Assembly: GCF_004010195.1 (NCBI RefSeq)
Contig: NC_057718.1
Location: 29,351,206 to 29,415,205, forward strand
Direction: 5' to 3'
Length of the DNA: 64,000 bases
Origin: Chiloscyllium plagiosum
Lineage: Eukaryota
Shown here: piece by piece, positions 40,067 to 53,200 of the stretch
How positions within the stretch are numbered: position 1 is the first letter of the stretch
How the letters are laid out: the number at the start of each line of letters is the position of its first letter
The notes under the pieces: generated by a model
What the model was told of the DNA's origin: nothing
The model's database searches: none
What the model saw: the letters and a program-made list of their open reading frames with translations, nothing else
Program-made: the position numbers and the translations under genes

Positions 40067-40531
40067 GCTGCTCCCGGGTATGTACACACAGACATATGCA
40101 CAAAGATGTAGGGTTTTTTAAAGTGCAAAAATTGAAAAGAACCGCTGTCTATATTTAATTAAATGACAGTGAAAGCCAGCGCCGCCTTCCCAATGTGCGA
40201 GGGCGGACAGGCTGCTGAGTTTGAAACCACAGATGGGGCTGGAGTAACCCTTGGACCGGTGGCTTGAGGGGATTTCCCTGAATCCCGGCGGCGGCACCTT
40301 GCTGATAGACACACCTCTCGTTGTTATGATTTGGAGATACCGGCGTTGGACTGGGGTGTACAAAGTTACAAACCACACAACGTCAGGTTCTAGTCCAACA
40401 GGTTTAATTGGAAGCACTCTCGTGGTTAGTTAGTTTGTTTTGGCTGGAGCTGTCGCGGTGAAAGTTCAACCGGTTTTGAAGGGGCCAGCAGATGTTCACT
40501 GAGGAGCCGGTTAACCCGTCTGTGCAAAACA
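40067..40531. promoter_or_regulatory. ABCG5/ABCG8 bidirectional promoter and 5' UTRs, CpG-enriched
   Basis: 465 bp between divergent ATGs; local CpG/GC enrichment (about 39870-41330); TGATAG (GATA) at 40303 and DR1-like CGGTGAAAGTTCA at 40456-40468. Confidence 0.85.
40327..40416. mobile_element. Truncated short repeat (shark PLE-type) inside the promoter
   Basis: Flanked by ctctcgttgtta (40315-40326) / ctctcgtggtta (40417-40428); sequence recalled as a common shark repeat. Confidence 0.65.
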
Positions 40532-40552
40532 ATGGAAAGCAGCGGGGCGGAG
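40532..40552 (+). CDS. ABCG8: ABCG8 exon 1 (coding part)
   Basis: Strong Kozak acaATGg, MESSGAE, GAG|gtgagt donor, phase 0 fits exon 2; no sequence homology to confirm it. Confidence 0.65.
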
Positions 40553-40743
40553 GTGAGTTTTTAAGAGACCCAAACTCGACCTCCTGGTCACAAGGTGCCA
40601 CTTGTCTTTGATGTGCTGTGGGTTTTTACTTATCTCAATTCTGTTTTCGATTTTTTTTTGTTGTTTCACTGATTTTTACGCACGATCACTTAGAATTTGT
40701 TGTCTTTTTTTTCTTCCCATTTCGTTTTTTTTTTGACAATCAG

Positions 40744-40854
40744 ACCGGCCGGCTCAGAGATCAGCTCTTCTGTACCTTAGAGGAGGAAAACAGTCTGTAC
40801 TTCACCTACAGCGGCAAACCCAACATCCTCCAAGTGCGGGACCTTAATTATGAG
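40744..40854 (+). CDS. ABCG8: ABCG8 exon 2
   Basis: [37 protein letters not shown]; long pyrimidine tract upstream; GC donor (gcgagt). Confidence 0.9.
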
Positions 40855-43139
40855 GCGAGTACCATCTCGTTTCAGTCGCTCCACGCACTAACGCTGATGG
40901 TTCCTTGAAGCTGTTCTGGAACAAGGAAAATTATGAGAGTTTATGGTTTACCTATTGACTATATTTGCGTTTATTTTTTGCCGGAGTTTAACCGTTATTG
41001 TCAAACGGGGTTGTGCACCATAGTAATGCCATTTCTGCATTATCAACAGTTGGATCGTGAGGAAGCTTTTGCACCCTCCGCCCCGAACCTGTTCCGCCAC
41101 TGAGTAAAACTTTGACAGAATGACTTATGATCTTAACTTCACTTTCCTGTCAGCACTCACGGCCCCACAATCAGCCGCGCATCCCCTTGTCTCTGTTGTC
41201 AATCGAGAACCTGTTTAACTGGGCCTTGCACATAGTCAATGCTCCCCTCCACGTGTTCATTCGTTCGGAAAATTCCAAACGATTCCTAAAAGAAATAACT
41301 TCATATCTTCACCATCTCCGGTAATAACTTGCTGCACATGCATACTAACTTTGTGATACATGTACAAGGACAAAGTGGTCCTTGTAATCTCATTTTACAG
41401 ATATCTAGTGAGACATTACAACACTTCAAAAATACCTCATTGGCTTTGAAGCTTTTTGGGTGTCCAGGGGTAAGATAACAGCATACGAATGTCCATTTTC
41501 ACTTTCATTTTATTTCACTGATGTTTGATGACTTAAACCGTATCTTACAAATAGATATTACCTTCTCACAAACGTTCTTCATTCCCCGTGGGCATAGTGC
41601 AGTGAACTTGAGTAATGTTTTGAACTCGATTTGTTTTGGCTGTAAACATTTTGCAACTCGATTCACTGTGGATGGAATTTTCCGAACACGCCCAGAACTT
41701 TAGAAGGGCAGGAGAACAGGAAAACGTATTTGGGTGAGAGGCAAAAATAAAAATCAGTTTCCTGACCGATGCAAGTTTTACTATTAAGTTGTCAGAACCT
41801 TTCAGGCAGGTCGATTTTCCCATCCTAATTGCCAAAAACCTGTTTTGCATTCATTAGCATGTTATAGATCCTCATTAACAGTCCAGTTCAGTGGATCGGC
41901 ATTCACGTGTGCAGCCATATTACCCAAATTGGGAGGCATGTGTATTCATAAATCTGACTCTAGCTACATGAGGAATGTACCTTGCAGAGTAGACTGCTTT
42001 CTCCTACTTTCAGTGAATAGGAACCTCACTTACTTGGCTCCTCCATAACCAAGATATTTATTTGCACAGACTTTTGTTGATCAAGGTGAAGCCTCTCATT
42101 GCTGATCATCTCATGATACATCTCGGTCACATACAGTCTGACTTTTTGTCAAACTTTTGATAGTGTTAATGTGAAACCTGACTTAGTCAACAAGCCTACC
42201 CGAGCAAGGCTGCCCCATCAGCAACGTTGAACTGGGCTGAACTCAAAAGGAGGCTTGACTCAGAAGATTATCCTTTATAGTTGTGTCCTTGTCCCATCAA
42301 ACTTTTCGTTAAAATCTACTAATGTCCGTCTTCTCTTAGTTTTTTTTAAGCATTACAGATTTTTTTTAAACAGAAATTAAAACATTTGTCCTTGCATTGA
42401 AAAGAGCTGATGACATCTGACAAGTTCTTTTGCTGGCACCAAGTGGCATTGCTGTGGAACTGCATTCTAAGTCTTTAGCCCAAATGCTAGGACAGGACCC
42501 ATGAATGATTTTACCACTAGTGTTACATGCCATCAATTTCAACATTATAAGTAGCTATCACAATGTCATCTACAGCTGTAACTAGTATTTTAATATAGTA
42601 TTTTATCACAGAGCCTGATCATTCGAATTTTCAATCCATTTTCAAATAGAACAATTTTAATATATAGTGGATTTTTAAAAAATTACAAGATTGTGTACTG
42701 TAAATAGATTATGATTCTGGAGAATATGGATTTGGTATTTTTAGCATTGTCTCGTGTCACAATTCAAGCACAACCCCTTTGAACGTACATTGTATGTAAA
42801 ATTGAAAATTAGAAATTTTGATTTTCCAATTTTATCGTCTAATTACCCAAATAAATAGTTTCAAGCTAGGATATGTTCTGGAAGGACAGTTTTGGTCATC
42901 AGGGCCTTACCCAGTAATTGTTGTTCATGGATAGCCTTAAGGAATGACTTGACAAGCTGTTAAGCTGTAGACAGTATTTCTGCCAAACCCAGTCCCTTTT
43001 CTAATGCTACAATTTCAAAACGAGGAATAACTTTACAAGTCCTCTCAGTACATTACCAATTCTTTATTTATGTAGCTAAGCAACTGCTAGATGTTTGAAA
43101 GAACAGACTCCAATGGTACCTTCATTAGAATGGAATCTT

Positions 43140-43980
43140 GGGCCACGAGGCAGAGGGGTGGCAGATGCAGTTCATTTTATGTAAATGTGAAATGTTTGGT
43201 AAGGCAAACCAGAGTAGGACCTACAGTTAATAGTCAGGCCCTGAGGAGTGTTTCTGAATAAAGGAACCTAGGAATGCAGGTGTATAGTTCCTGGAAAGTG
43301 GAATTGCAGGCAAATGGGGTGGAGAAGGCGGCATTTGGTACGCTTCCCTTCCCGTTGTCAGAACAATGAGTATAGAAGTTTGGAGGCCATGTTGCAGCTG
43401 TACAGGACACTGGTTAGGCCACTTTTAGAATACTGCTTACAATTCTGGTCGCCCTTCTATGGGAAGGATGTTGTTAAACTTGGGAGGATGCAGAAAAGAT
43501 GTACAAGGATGTTGCCAGGACTGGAGGTTTTGAGCTATGGGGAGAGGTTGATTAGGCTGGGGCTTTTTTTCCCAGAAACGGTGGAGGCTAATGTGTGATC
43601 TTTTTGATCACACTGGTTCATAAAATCATGAGGGGCATAGGTTAAGTGAGTAGCCCAGACTTTTTTCCTAGGTTAGGGGACTCCAAACTAGAGGGCATAG
43701 ATTTAAAGTGAGAGGGGAAAGATTTAAAAAGGACCTAAGGGGTAACTTTTTCACACATAGGGTTGTGCATATATGGAACGATTTGCCAGCGGAAGTGGTG
43801 GAGGCTGGTATAATTACAACATTTGAAAGGCATCTGGATGGGTATCTGAATAGGAAAGGTTTAGACGGATATGGGCCAAATGTTGGCAAATGGGACTAGG
43901 TCAGATTGGGATGTCTGGTAAGCATGGATGAATTGGACTGAATGGTCTGTTTCTGTGCTGAACGACTCTGTGACTCTAAC
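43140..43980 (+). mobile_element. CR1 LINE 3' fragment
   Basis: LQLYRTLVRPLLEYCLQFWSP and RGNFFTHRVVHIWNDLP. Confidence 0.9.
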
Positions 43981-44818
43981 AGGATATCCTAGACCAAGTT
44001 CCAAAACCTCCTTTACCTGAAGTTGTAACTTTAAAATCATTGCTAAAAATTAGAACCATTGTGAGCCACAAGATGAAAAATTGACATTTCTAAACCATAT
44101 ACAAGTTGCCTTTGGTGGAAAGCATAATCTAACTATTAAATAGATGTATTTAATTATCTAATTCTGAATTATTACATTTTGGTTATTTTGTCATTGTTTC
44201 TTCAATGTAAACATGTTCAGGCTATGTGCATGTATTTGCATAAATTCATTAATGGAAAAATCAATATATATTACATTTGAATTTTTAAAAACGTGCATAT
44301 ATAACTGAATACATTTTTGTTTTAAGTTTATAATGGATTTTTTAATGTTTTAAAACAATAATATTGTCAGCAAAAACCTTTTATACTACAAACTTTAACT
44401 TGAGTAGGAAGAATAAAAAGATTCTTTTCAGCTATTAAGCCTTGTGATTTTGAAAAAAAAAACAAAGCTTCCAAAAGCATTTTCAGAATAATTCATCTTA
44501 CACCACAAAAATTGCAACCTAAAATCTATTTCTTAAATGAAAGGCATTATCTGTTACCATACTGTGACTCATTCCTCAAAAGGGGTTTATTTACAACACG
44601 GTGATGTTTTTCATTAAAATAATGATGTGAACACATAAAATGCCGCCTAATGATTAGACTTTTACGTCCACACTAAAAATATGGCTCTTACAAATCTTGA
44701 TATTTATCGAGGGTGTGGCTTTTTCATGACAATCTAGTTCAACTTGTCAAGGTTGGGAATTGCAAATGAATATTAAAGAGCTGTGTGAAAATTTGAACCC
44801 ATAGGTTGTCACCATTTT

Positions 44819-45140
44819 GGGTGGCATGGTGGCACAGTGGTTAGCACTGCAGCCTCACAGCGCCAGAGACCCGGGTTCAATTCTCGCCTCAGGCGACTGA
44901 CTGTGTGGAGTTTGCACGTTCTCCCCGTGTCTGCGTGGGTTTCCTCCGGGTGCTCCGGTTTCCTCCCACAGGCCAAAGATGTGCAAGTCAAGTGAATTGG
45001 CCGTGCTAAATTGCCCGTAGTGTTAGGTAAGGGGTAAATGTAGGGGTATAGGTGGGTTACGCTTCGGCGGGTCGGTGTGGACTTGTTGGGCCGAAGGGCC
45101 TGTTTCGTACTGTAATCTAATCTAATCTAATCTAATCTAA
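44819..45140 (+). mobile_element. tRNA-derived V-SINE (HE1-like)
   Basis: A/B boxes, V-domain, (AATCT)n tail. Confidence 0.9.
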
Positions 45141-45511
45141 CCCTGGTTCTAGCCAAACCCACTACAGTCAGATCCAGTGTCAAACACATACATTTTTCAA
45201 CTTAAGTTAAATTACGTGATCAGGAGAAAGAATGTTGATGCACTATTTTTCTTGTGCCTAATCCATAAATCTTGAGGATGACTATAGCAGAATGCCTTCA
45301 CACCAGCCAACTTGGCACATATCTTAAATTTTCCTCATCCACCTGACTCAGTAACACATTATTCAGTCTACTTAATCTGAGTTCCTGGATAATCTAATGT
45401 GCTTTTAAATTTTGAAGAGCTGTGTAAAAATAATTAAGTCCTCTGAAACAAAGTGTTTTGCAATTTCCCTCAGAATTCTTTGCTAAGAGTTTCTTGCCCA
45501 CAAAAATGCAG

Positions 45512-45668
45512 GTGAATTCTGCAGCACAGATCCCCTGGTATGAGAAGCTGGCAGAATTACAAATGCCATGGCATTGGAACTCCAATTCAAATGGACAGAC
45601 AATAGCTCTGAAGAATCTAAATCTGAAAGTCAGAAGTGGACAGATGCTGGCTGTGATAGGAAGTTCTG
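45512..45668 (+). CDS. ABCG8: ABCG8 exon 3
   Basis: VNSAAQIPWYEKLAELQMPW...LKNLNLKVRSGQMLAVIGSS(G); 157 nt. Confidence 0.96.
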
Positions 45669-47305
45669 GTAAGTCGTCCAAATTTAGTGTTCTCATTGTA
45701 CAATCAATTTTCTGATTACCTTTCGTGAATGTTTTCAATTATGCATGCAAATCGCTGCTCTGAACATGTGGAGTTTTATCATGTGAGTTCTGAAAAGTTG
45801 TGCATCTATGTTATTTTAGTACTTAAATGCCTTTTTAAATGAAAACAGAACAGTGTCACTTATTTGATTTTTGGAACAAGTTTGATATCAACTGTATCAC
45901 AGGGGCGCAAGACTTTGAAGTCATTTCTAAGAATGTAATTTTTTTATTAACATTTCATTTACTAAAACTTATTCTTTCACAGAATGTGGATTTCACATTT
46001 TGGACCAGCATTGTTTGCCACTACATCATTGTTCTTTTAAGAAGGTGGTGGTGGTGAGCCACTCTCTTGAATCTTTGCAATGCTATTAGAAAGAGAGTCA
46101 CAGGTTTTTGACCCAAGGACTGTAAAGGAACAGTAATATAGTTCCAAGTTAGAATTGTGTGTGGCTTGGAGGGGAACCTGCACATGATGGTGTCACCATA
46201 TATCTTGTGCCCTTTTCCTTGCAGTCGGTAGAGGCTGCAAGTTTGGGAGGTGCTGTCAGATGAGCCCTGATGAGTTACTGCAGTACTTCATATAGATTGT
46301 CCACACTGCTATCACTATATGTTGAGTGGAGGGAGTGAAGGACTACATATACTTTATTTGGAAATTATAAACCAGAAAATGGAAGTCTGGATTTTTAAAA
46401 AATAAATCAAGAGTACAATTGTGTGTGGTCACTTAATGGTTACACAAGAGCTAATAACTTTGAAAACTTGAGTTTTTGTTTGCTCTCTGTCACACCAGAG
46501 AAGAAATAACACTTCAGAATTTTGGAAATAAAATGCTAGGGTAAACCAACACCTAGGTCCAACTGATCGGCTACGAAAAAGACAGCTTTCCACAGTGGAG
46601 AACAACATGATAATATTAACCAAAATCCAAAACAAAAGTTATCAGAATGACCTCATTCTACCTCTTTCAGTTTGGTTTCTGAATCACAGATGTTTTATTT
46701 TCTGAAAAGACTGATTTGTATTGTCTGTCTTGTCTGCCTGTTGTGAATGAATATGTGCTTTGATTTTAAATTTAACTTTTCATATTAGTAATAATCTATA
46801 ACTTTGTTATGATAAATACATTTTTGTTTCCTGTTCATTGATGAAACCTGTTGAGAGTTGTTTTACACTCAAGATATCAATTATTGTATCCTCAACCGAA
46901 ATGGTGTAACTCAGCATTGATCAATCTATTGAATGATTTAACAACATACTACATATCATTTATGTATTAAGCCAAACGCAGTTTCATTACCATGTTAAGA
47001 GTCACTAGAATGAGGACAGCAGTTGTGAGGACAAAATTAGTTTTAAGTCTCACTTGATGGCTACTGAGGGGATGGTCACCACGTCATTGAACGTAAATGT
47101 CCACACATTAAAATACTCCAGGTTCTTGCCATGGGATACTGTCAGTGGTTTGCACCCATCGCATTTTGAGGGAATACTGAAGAGACCAAGATCAAGGGTA
47201 GGGCTAACAATGCAGAAAACCTATTTTGTTACTGTATAGCAGGTCTTGAAAATATGCCAATTCGTACAATACTTAAAACAATTTTCTTAACTTTTGAACA
47301 AACAG

Positions 47306-47544
47306 GTTGTGGGAAGACATCGTTACTTGACATCATCACCTGCAGAGATGAAGGAGGGAAAATCAAATCTGGCAAAATATTGATCAATGAAACACCAGTT
47401 AATAGGCAGCTGGTCAAAAAGTGTATTGCACATGTGCGACAGGATGACCGATTATTACCCAATCTCACTGTGAGAGAGACATTAACATTTGTTGCAAAAT
47501 TGCGGCTTCCAAAACACTTCTCAGAAGAACAAAGAAACAAAAGG
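47306..47544 (+). CDS. ABCG8: ABCG8 exon 4 (Walker A, Q-loop)
   Basis: (G)CGKTSLLDIITCRDEGGKIKSG...AHVRQDDRLLPNLTVRETL...EEQRNKR; 239 nt. Confidence 0.97.
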
Positions 47545-48362
47545 GTAAGAATTATGCAAGTATACAATATGGAAGAATTGCATTAGTCCATCATTTGATT
47601 GTCAGCTCTTTGCTAGAGCAATCAAGAGCCAAACCCACTGCCGTTCCCTGTCCACATAGCTCTATCTCTCCCTCTGCTAGCCGCATTGATTTCTGACTAT
47701 AATTCCTTAATGGATAACTGTGTAAATGCTGCCTAGTGTGCAGCTGAGGACTAAATAGAATGGGAAGGTTCACAACATCTGTACTTTGTCAATTGATTTC
47801 CATTAGAGGCATGAAGAGACATTACTCAGTGTTCCCACCCCAAAGACGGGTAAGTATCAGATAAGATTTCTGGTTGCCATGGTACCGTGGAATATATATA
47901 TATACTGGTGACATCAGGTGACATCAAAATCATGTTTGTCTCTGATTCTCACCAAAGTCAAATAACCAACCAACATTCAATATTTAAAGCTCATAGCTGA
48001 TGAATGGTCACATAGAGTGAATGATGAAAGAAGTCATTTCCAACATTGGCCGTTCTGATTATGCCTGTAATGAGATCAGAACTTTCACTCCAGCTACTAC
48101 CACATAAGAGTTAGGGTTAAGCTATGGGAGTTCCCATCTGGTCTTTATCAGGCAGTTCAGTGACAGGAATATTCTCCCATCAGGTTAGGGCTTGATTTTC
48201 AAGACAAAGTTTTGTTACACACAGACACATAGATTTCTTAATTTGTACAGGCTAAATTGCTTTTCTAACATAATTATGGTTGAATTATGGTTGAATTAGG
48301 AATAAATACATAATTAATATAGCACAACATATATAATTTTAGGTTTGACTTATGTCTTTCAG

Positions 48363-48495
48363 GTAGAGGATGTTATAGCAGAACTCCGGCTAAGACAATG
48401 TGCTAACACTAGAGTTGGGAATTATTTGACTCGGGGGGTCTCTGGAGGCGAGAGACGACGAGTGAGCATTGGAGTGCAACTTCTGTGGAACCCTG
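48363..48495 (+). CDS. ABCG8: ABCG8 exon 5 (ABC signature)
   Basis: [44 protein letters not shown]; 133 nt. Confidence 0.97.
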
Positions 48496-49607
48496 GTAAA
48501 TGGCCAATATTGATCTCTGTTCATGTTATGTTCTCTGTAAAAGTGCTGATTTTTTATTTTTAGGGACTGGAAGTCTATTTATTAACACACCGAGTAGTCA
48601 CATTTCACAAGAGAACCAGATGAATATTGGCAAGCTATTCACTCAGAGTTGGCTGCATTAGATGTCTAAATTTTATCATTCCTAATAAAGTTATATTTGC
48701 TTCATTCACAATTCTTCCTGCTTTTTCAAGTTTGCTTTCTTCAAAAACACCCAAAAAGACTTTTTTATTTCTTTTTTTGTGGACCAGGCATGAGTGTAAA
48801 AGGAAGTCTTGCTAAAATTAAATGGCTAGCATGTGTAATTTTCTCCATGAATTCCATTTGTTTGTTAGACAAGACCTCCCTCCAACAAATTAATGGAGCT
48901 CCCTATGTACAATAACTATGTCTTTACAAATGTTTCATTATTCTGTTATACAAAATGCCTGTTAAATAATTATTCACAACTTGTCAATTGGTATACACTG
49001 CTTGGAGAACCTATCTATCTCTATCTTAAATATATTGAATGGTTTGGCCTCCACAGCCTTCTGCAGCAGTATTACCGATTCACCACTCTCTGGCAGAAGA
49101 AATTCCTTCCCATCTCAACTCCAGAAGGTCATCCCTTCTCTCTGAGGCTGTGCCCTCATATCATAGCCCCTCCTACTAGTGGAATCATCTTTTCCACGGC
49201 CACTCTACCCAGGGCTCTCAGTATGCTGTAAGTTTCAATTAGATCCTCCTTCAACCTTCTAAACTCCATGTATAGACCCTCATCCCCTCCTCATAAGACA
49301 AGTCCTTCATTCTCAGGATCATTATTGTAAACCTCCCTTGACCCCCTCAAATGTCAGCATATCCTTCTTTCGATTTGGGGCCCAAAACTGCTCACAATAT
49401 TCCAAATGTGGTATGACCAGAGCCTTATACAGCCCCAGCAATACGTCTCTGCTCTGGTATTTGAGCCGTCTGGAAATGAATACAAATATTGCATTTACCT
49501 TCTTTCTGCCAACTGAACCTGGGAAAATCTTGAACTAGGACTCCCAAGTCCCTTTGTGCTTCAGATTTCCACAGTTTTCTCCATTTAAAAACAAATCTAC
49601 ACATGAA

Positions 49608-50202
49608 AGTATTCAGAAAAGATTTACAAGGATATTGCCAGGATTGGAGGATTTGACCTATAGGAATGGGTTGAACAGGCTGGGGCTGTTTTCCCTGGAG
49701 TGTTAGAGGTTGAGGGGTGACCTTATAGAGGTTTATAAAATCATGAGGGGCATGAATATGATAAATAGACAAAGTCTGTTCCCTGGGTGGGGAAGTCCAG
49801 AACTAGAGGGCATAGGTTTAGGGTGAGAGGGGAAATATATAAAAGAGACCTAAGGGGCAACTTTTTCACGCAGAGGGTGGTATGTGTATGGATTGAGCTG
49901 CCAGAGGAAGTGGTGGAGGCTGGTACAATTGCAACATTTAAAAGTCATTTGGATGGGTATATGAATAGGAAGGGTTTGGAGGGATATTGGCCAGGTGCTG
50001 GCAGATGGGACTAGACTGGGTTGGGATATCTGGTCAGCATAGCCAGGTGCTGGCAGATGGGACTAGATTGGGTTGGGATATCTGGTCAGCATGGCCAGGT
50101 GCTGGCAGATGGGACTAGACTGGGTTGGGATATCTGGTCAGCATGGACAAATTGGACCGAAGGGTCTGTTTCCATGCTGTACATCTCTATGACTCTATGA
50201 CT
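49608..50202 (+). mobile_element. CR1 LINE 3' end nested in an older CR1
   Basis: SRTRGHRFRVRGE...RGNFFTQRVVCVW; (CTATGA) tail. Confidence 0.9.
49990..50145. repeat. Tandem repeat, 3 x 52 bp within the CR1 3' end
   Basis: gccaggtgctggcagatgggactaga(c/t)tgggttgggatatctggtcagcat starts at 49990, 50042 and 50094. Confidence 0.95.
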
Positions 50203-53200
50203 GTATTCCATCTGCCACTTCTTTGCCCTCTCCTCTAGCCTGTTCAAGTCCTTCTGCAGCCTTTTTGCTTGCTTAACACAACTTGTCCCTCCACCTATCT
50301 TTGTATCATCTGCAAACTTAGCAACAATGCCCTCAATTCCATTGTCCAGATCGTTAATGAATGATGTGAATCATTGTGGTCCCAATATTGACTCCTGCAG
50401 AACCCCACTAGTCACCAGCTTCCATCCAGAAAAGGACCCCTTTATCCCACTCTCTCTGTCTTCTGCCAGTCAGCTGCTTCTCTATCCATGCTACTACCTT
50501 ACACGTAACATCAAGAACTCTTATTTTATTGAGCAGTCTTCTGTGTGGAACATTGTCAAAAGCTTTCTAGAATCCAAATAGATCAAGTCCACTGACTCTC
50601 CTTTGTCTCGAATTACTAATTAAAAATCTGTCTGTCTCCTCCTTAAATTTACTTGATGCTGCAGTATTCACTGAAATCTGAGTTAGCGAATTCCAGGATT
50701 CATGGCCCTTTTGAGAGATGTAATTCCTTCTTGTCTCTGTTTTAAATCTGGCAGCTTTTATCCTAAAACTATGACCCCTTGTTTGAGACCGCTGCTTAGG
50801 AGGAAACATTTTTTCTTCATCTACTTTATCAATCCCCATTAACTTCTTATACACCTCAATTAGATCTTCTCACATTTTTCTAAACATCAGACAGTATAGG
50901 CTTAAAAGAATATTGATTGGTTGGCAAGTCAACTTTGGTCAAAGCATGGCAATGGAGAATGCCATTAGGAAACTAATGTCCCCCTTGTGTCTGTTGGATA
51001 TCTCCATATTCTCTTCTTCCTGCAGAGGTCATGTCCCTGTTGTTGAATATTTATCCTTTTTATGGAAAATATCGATTGTGTTACTAATGCATATTAGCAG
51101 TGTGAAATGACTTTGTGCATGGCTTATATTTTAGGGATACCTTTCACTTTCAGGATAATTTGAGATAGACCAAATATCAAGTCTGAAGTTGTGGGCTTAG
51201 GACCATTCATGAGCATGCATGATACACATCCAGCAACACTCTGATTAGGTTAGCCATTGTCCAACTACATAGGTTTGATGTCCCTAATTTCGATATTAAG
51301 CATGTGTCATAAGCAAATGACTCATTCCCTATTTTTAAGACATCTGATAGGTCTGTTGTGCTGTAAGATCCTAATATCTATATTCACTGCTGAAGGTAGG
51401 CTTGCAATGGACAGTTGTAGATAACTCATTAGTGAATTTCTCAACTAGCTCGTTGAGAAAAGAGAACTAGCAGACTGCTCCATTTCAGAGGTTGTTTTGA
51501 AAGGGGAATGGAGCATATTAAGGAAAACAGAGCATGTCCAATTATTGCATCCTTCTTAAATGTGACACAACCAAATAGAGGACAATAGTTTTCTAGTGCA
51601 TTTCCCAGGACAACACATCCCAGGCATCTTCACCCTGAGAGCTGGCTCTGAGGAAGCTGGATCAGTGTCAAGGACTCTCAATGTGGAAATAAAAAATAAT
51701 TTGGGGGTGGATACCAGCCTCTGTGAAGGTATTTCATCTTGCATCTACACTGACAGCATGTAATTTTTTTTCGGAAACTTGGTTGGTGCAACTGATCAAT
51801 AATTTCCTTGTCTCTTCTTTCAAAAGTTGATAATTTGTGAGTTACTTTCCAATTCTTGATTTTTACTCCCTTTTCTGAAGATTCAATAGAATGTAAAGAT
51901 AACGTGCTGATTTCATCAGCTGCTGCTTTTAAAGTCTTATGAAGCTTATCATTGTTCTTTGACCTTCCTATTCTGAATCAATAACTGCCTATCAATAGCT
52001 GCTTTATTTGAAAATTATGTTTCCTCTGTCTGCTGCCGTTTCCATCCTCATCCATTAATGACAGCTTCCAAAAGGGAAGATTCCCCACAATTTGCATCCA
52101 GTGGTATGCTCTGGGTACAGCTATAATGAATTCATTTCATATATTTAGATCCAGTGACTTGAAGAATATTTGGAATCTTTCAATGTGACACTTTTCTTTC
52201 ACAAGCTTCTACAAATATATTTCTAAAAAAACTTGACATTTCTTACTCTATATTTGGTGCTTATTTTCAGTATTCCTTATTGTGTTCTTACTCCCATCAT
52301 GTCCCACTGTACTTAACTTTAGAACAATCTAACTTCTGCTCTAACTCCATGCATGAATAGTTCTTCTAATAAACCACCTAGTTAGCTGTTTACTTGGGTG
52401 CCCTCTGATCAATGTGTGTTAGTTGTGTACGTAGGCAGAATTTTAATAGATGGCAAAATTTTCTACCTCATTACCCAAAGAGTTGGTGGGGCCCATTTCC
52501 CTAAAGATGCTGGCTGCCCTCCACCCCTTGCCAAGTTTTATTTGGCTAAAATCAAGACTTGTGTCCCTACGCTGGATAAAACATTCAAATGCCAGCCAGT
52601 ATGATTGATGGGCAATGCTGTGGTCCCAGCCTCATTACTGGGAGCAGGGGCTGCTGCTGGGATTGCAGGCAGTCGCCAAAATCAAAATACTAGAACCAGG
52701 ATGGAGGTAACTGCTGAAGGGTACTGCAGAGGGGATAGGAGAGGTGGAAGAATCTTGATGGAGAAGCTGGAGCAGAGAGAACAGCTTTTGTTAGGTGCCC
52801 CAAATGGAATACAAGCCATAAGGGGGATTGTTCTCTTCATCCTCCTCCTCTTTTATCATGCGATGTGATGCCACATCATGAGCTTGCGCTTGAGACAGAC
52901 TGTTGAAGGAGAAATCAAAATCAAGAACTGGTGTTAGGCTCAGACTTCAAAATAATACTTTTTTTTGTACTTTACATTGATGCTAAAGTTCTATCATGGA
53001 TGCTAATCATTATATACCAGGCTCTGACTTATAATTAAAATCTGTGTGTGCCTGTGTCCTTGTGCTCATGTGAGTTTTCCAGACTAGATTGTTGCAGTGT
53101 GGTGGTCCTATTCAAGAGGGTATAGTATGTTTTAACAGCATCCACACCATGGCATTTATACCCAGATCCTGAGGCCCTAAGACCTTGCATGACATTCTCA

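Larger units (their letters stand above)
49005..50900 (-). mobile_element. CR1 LINE fragments (host), interrupted by a younger opposite-strand CR1
   Basis: Minus-strand remnants QRDLGVLVQ and TRGHSFRIK...RRNYISQ on either side of 49608-50202. Confidence 0.7.

Noticed and set aside
40118..40601. Several ORFs in the ABCG5/ABCG8 intergenic region
   Set aside because: Explained by GC richness and the repeat insert; no recognisable protein similarity.
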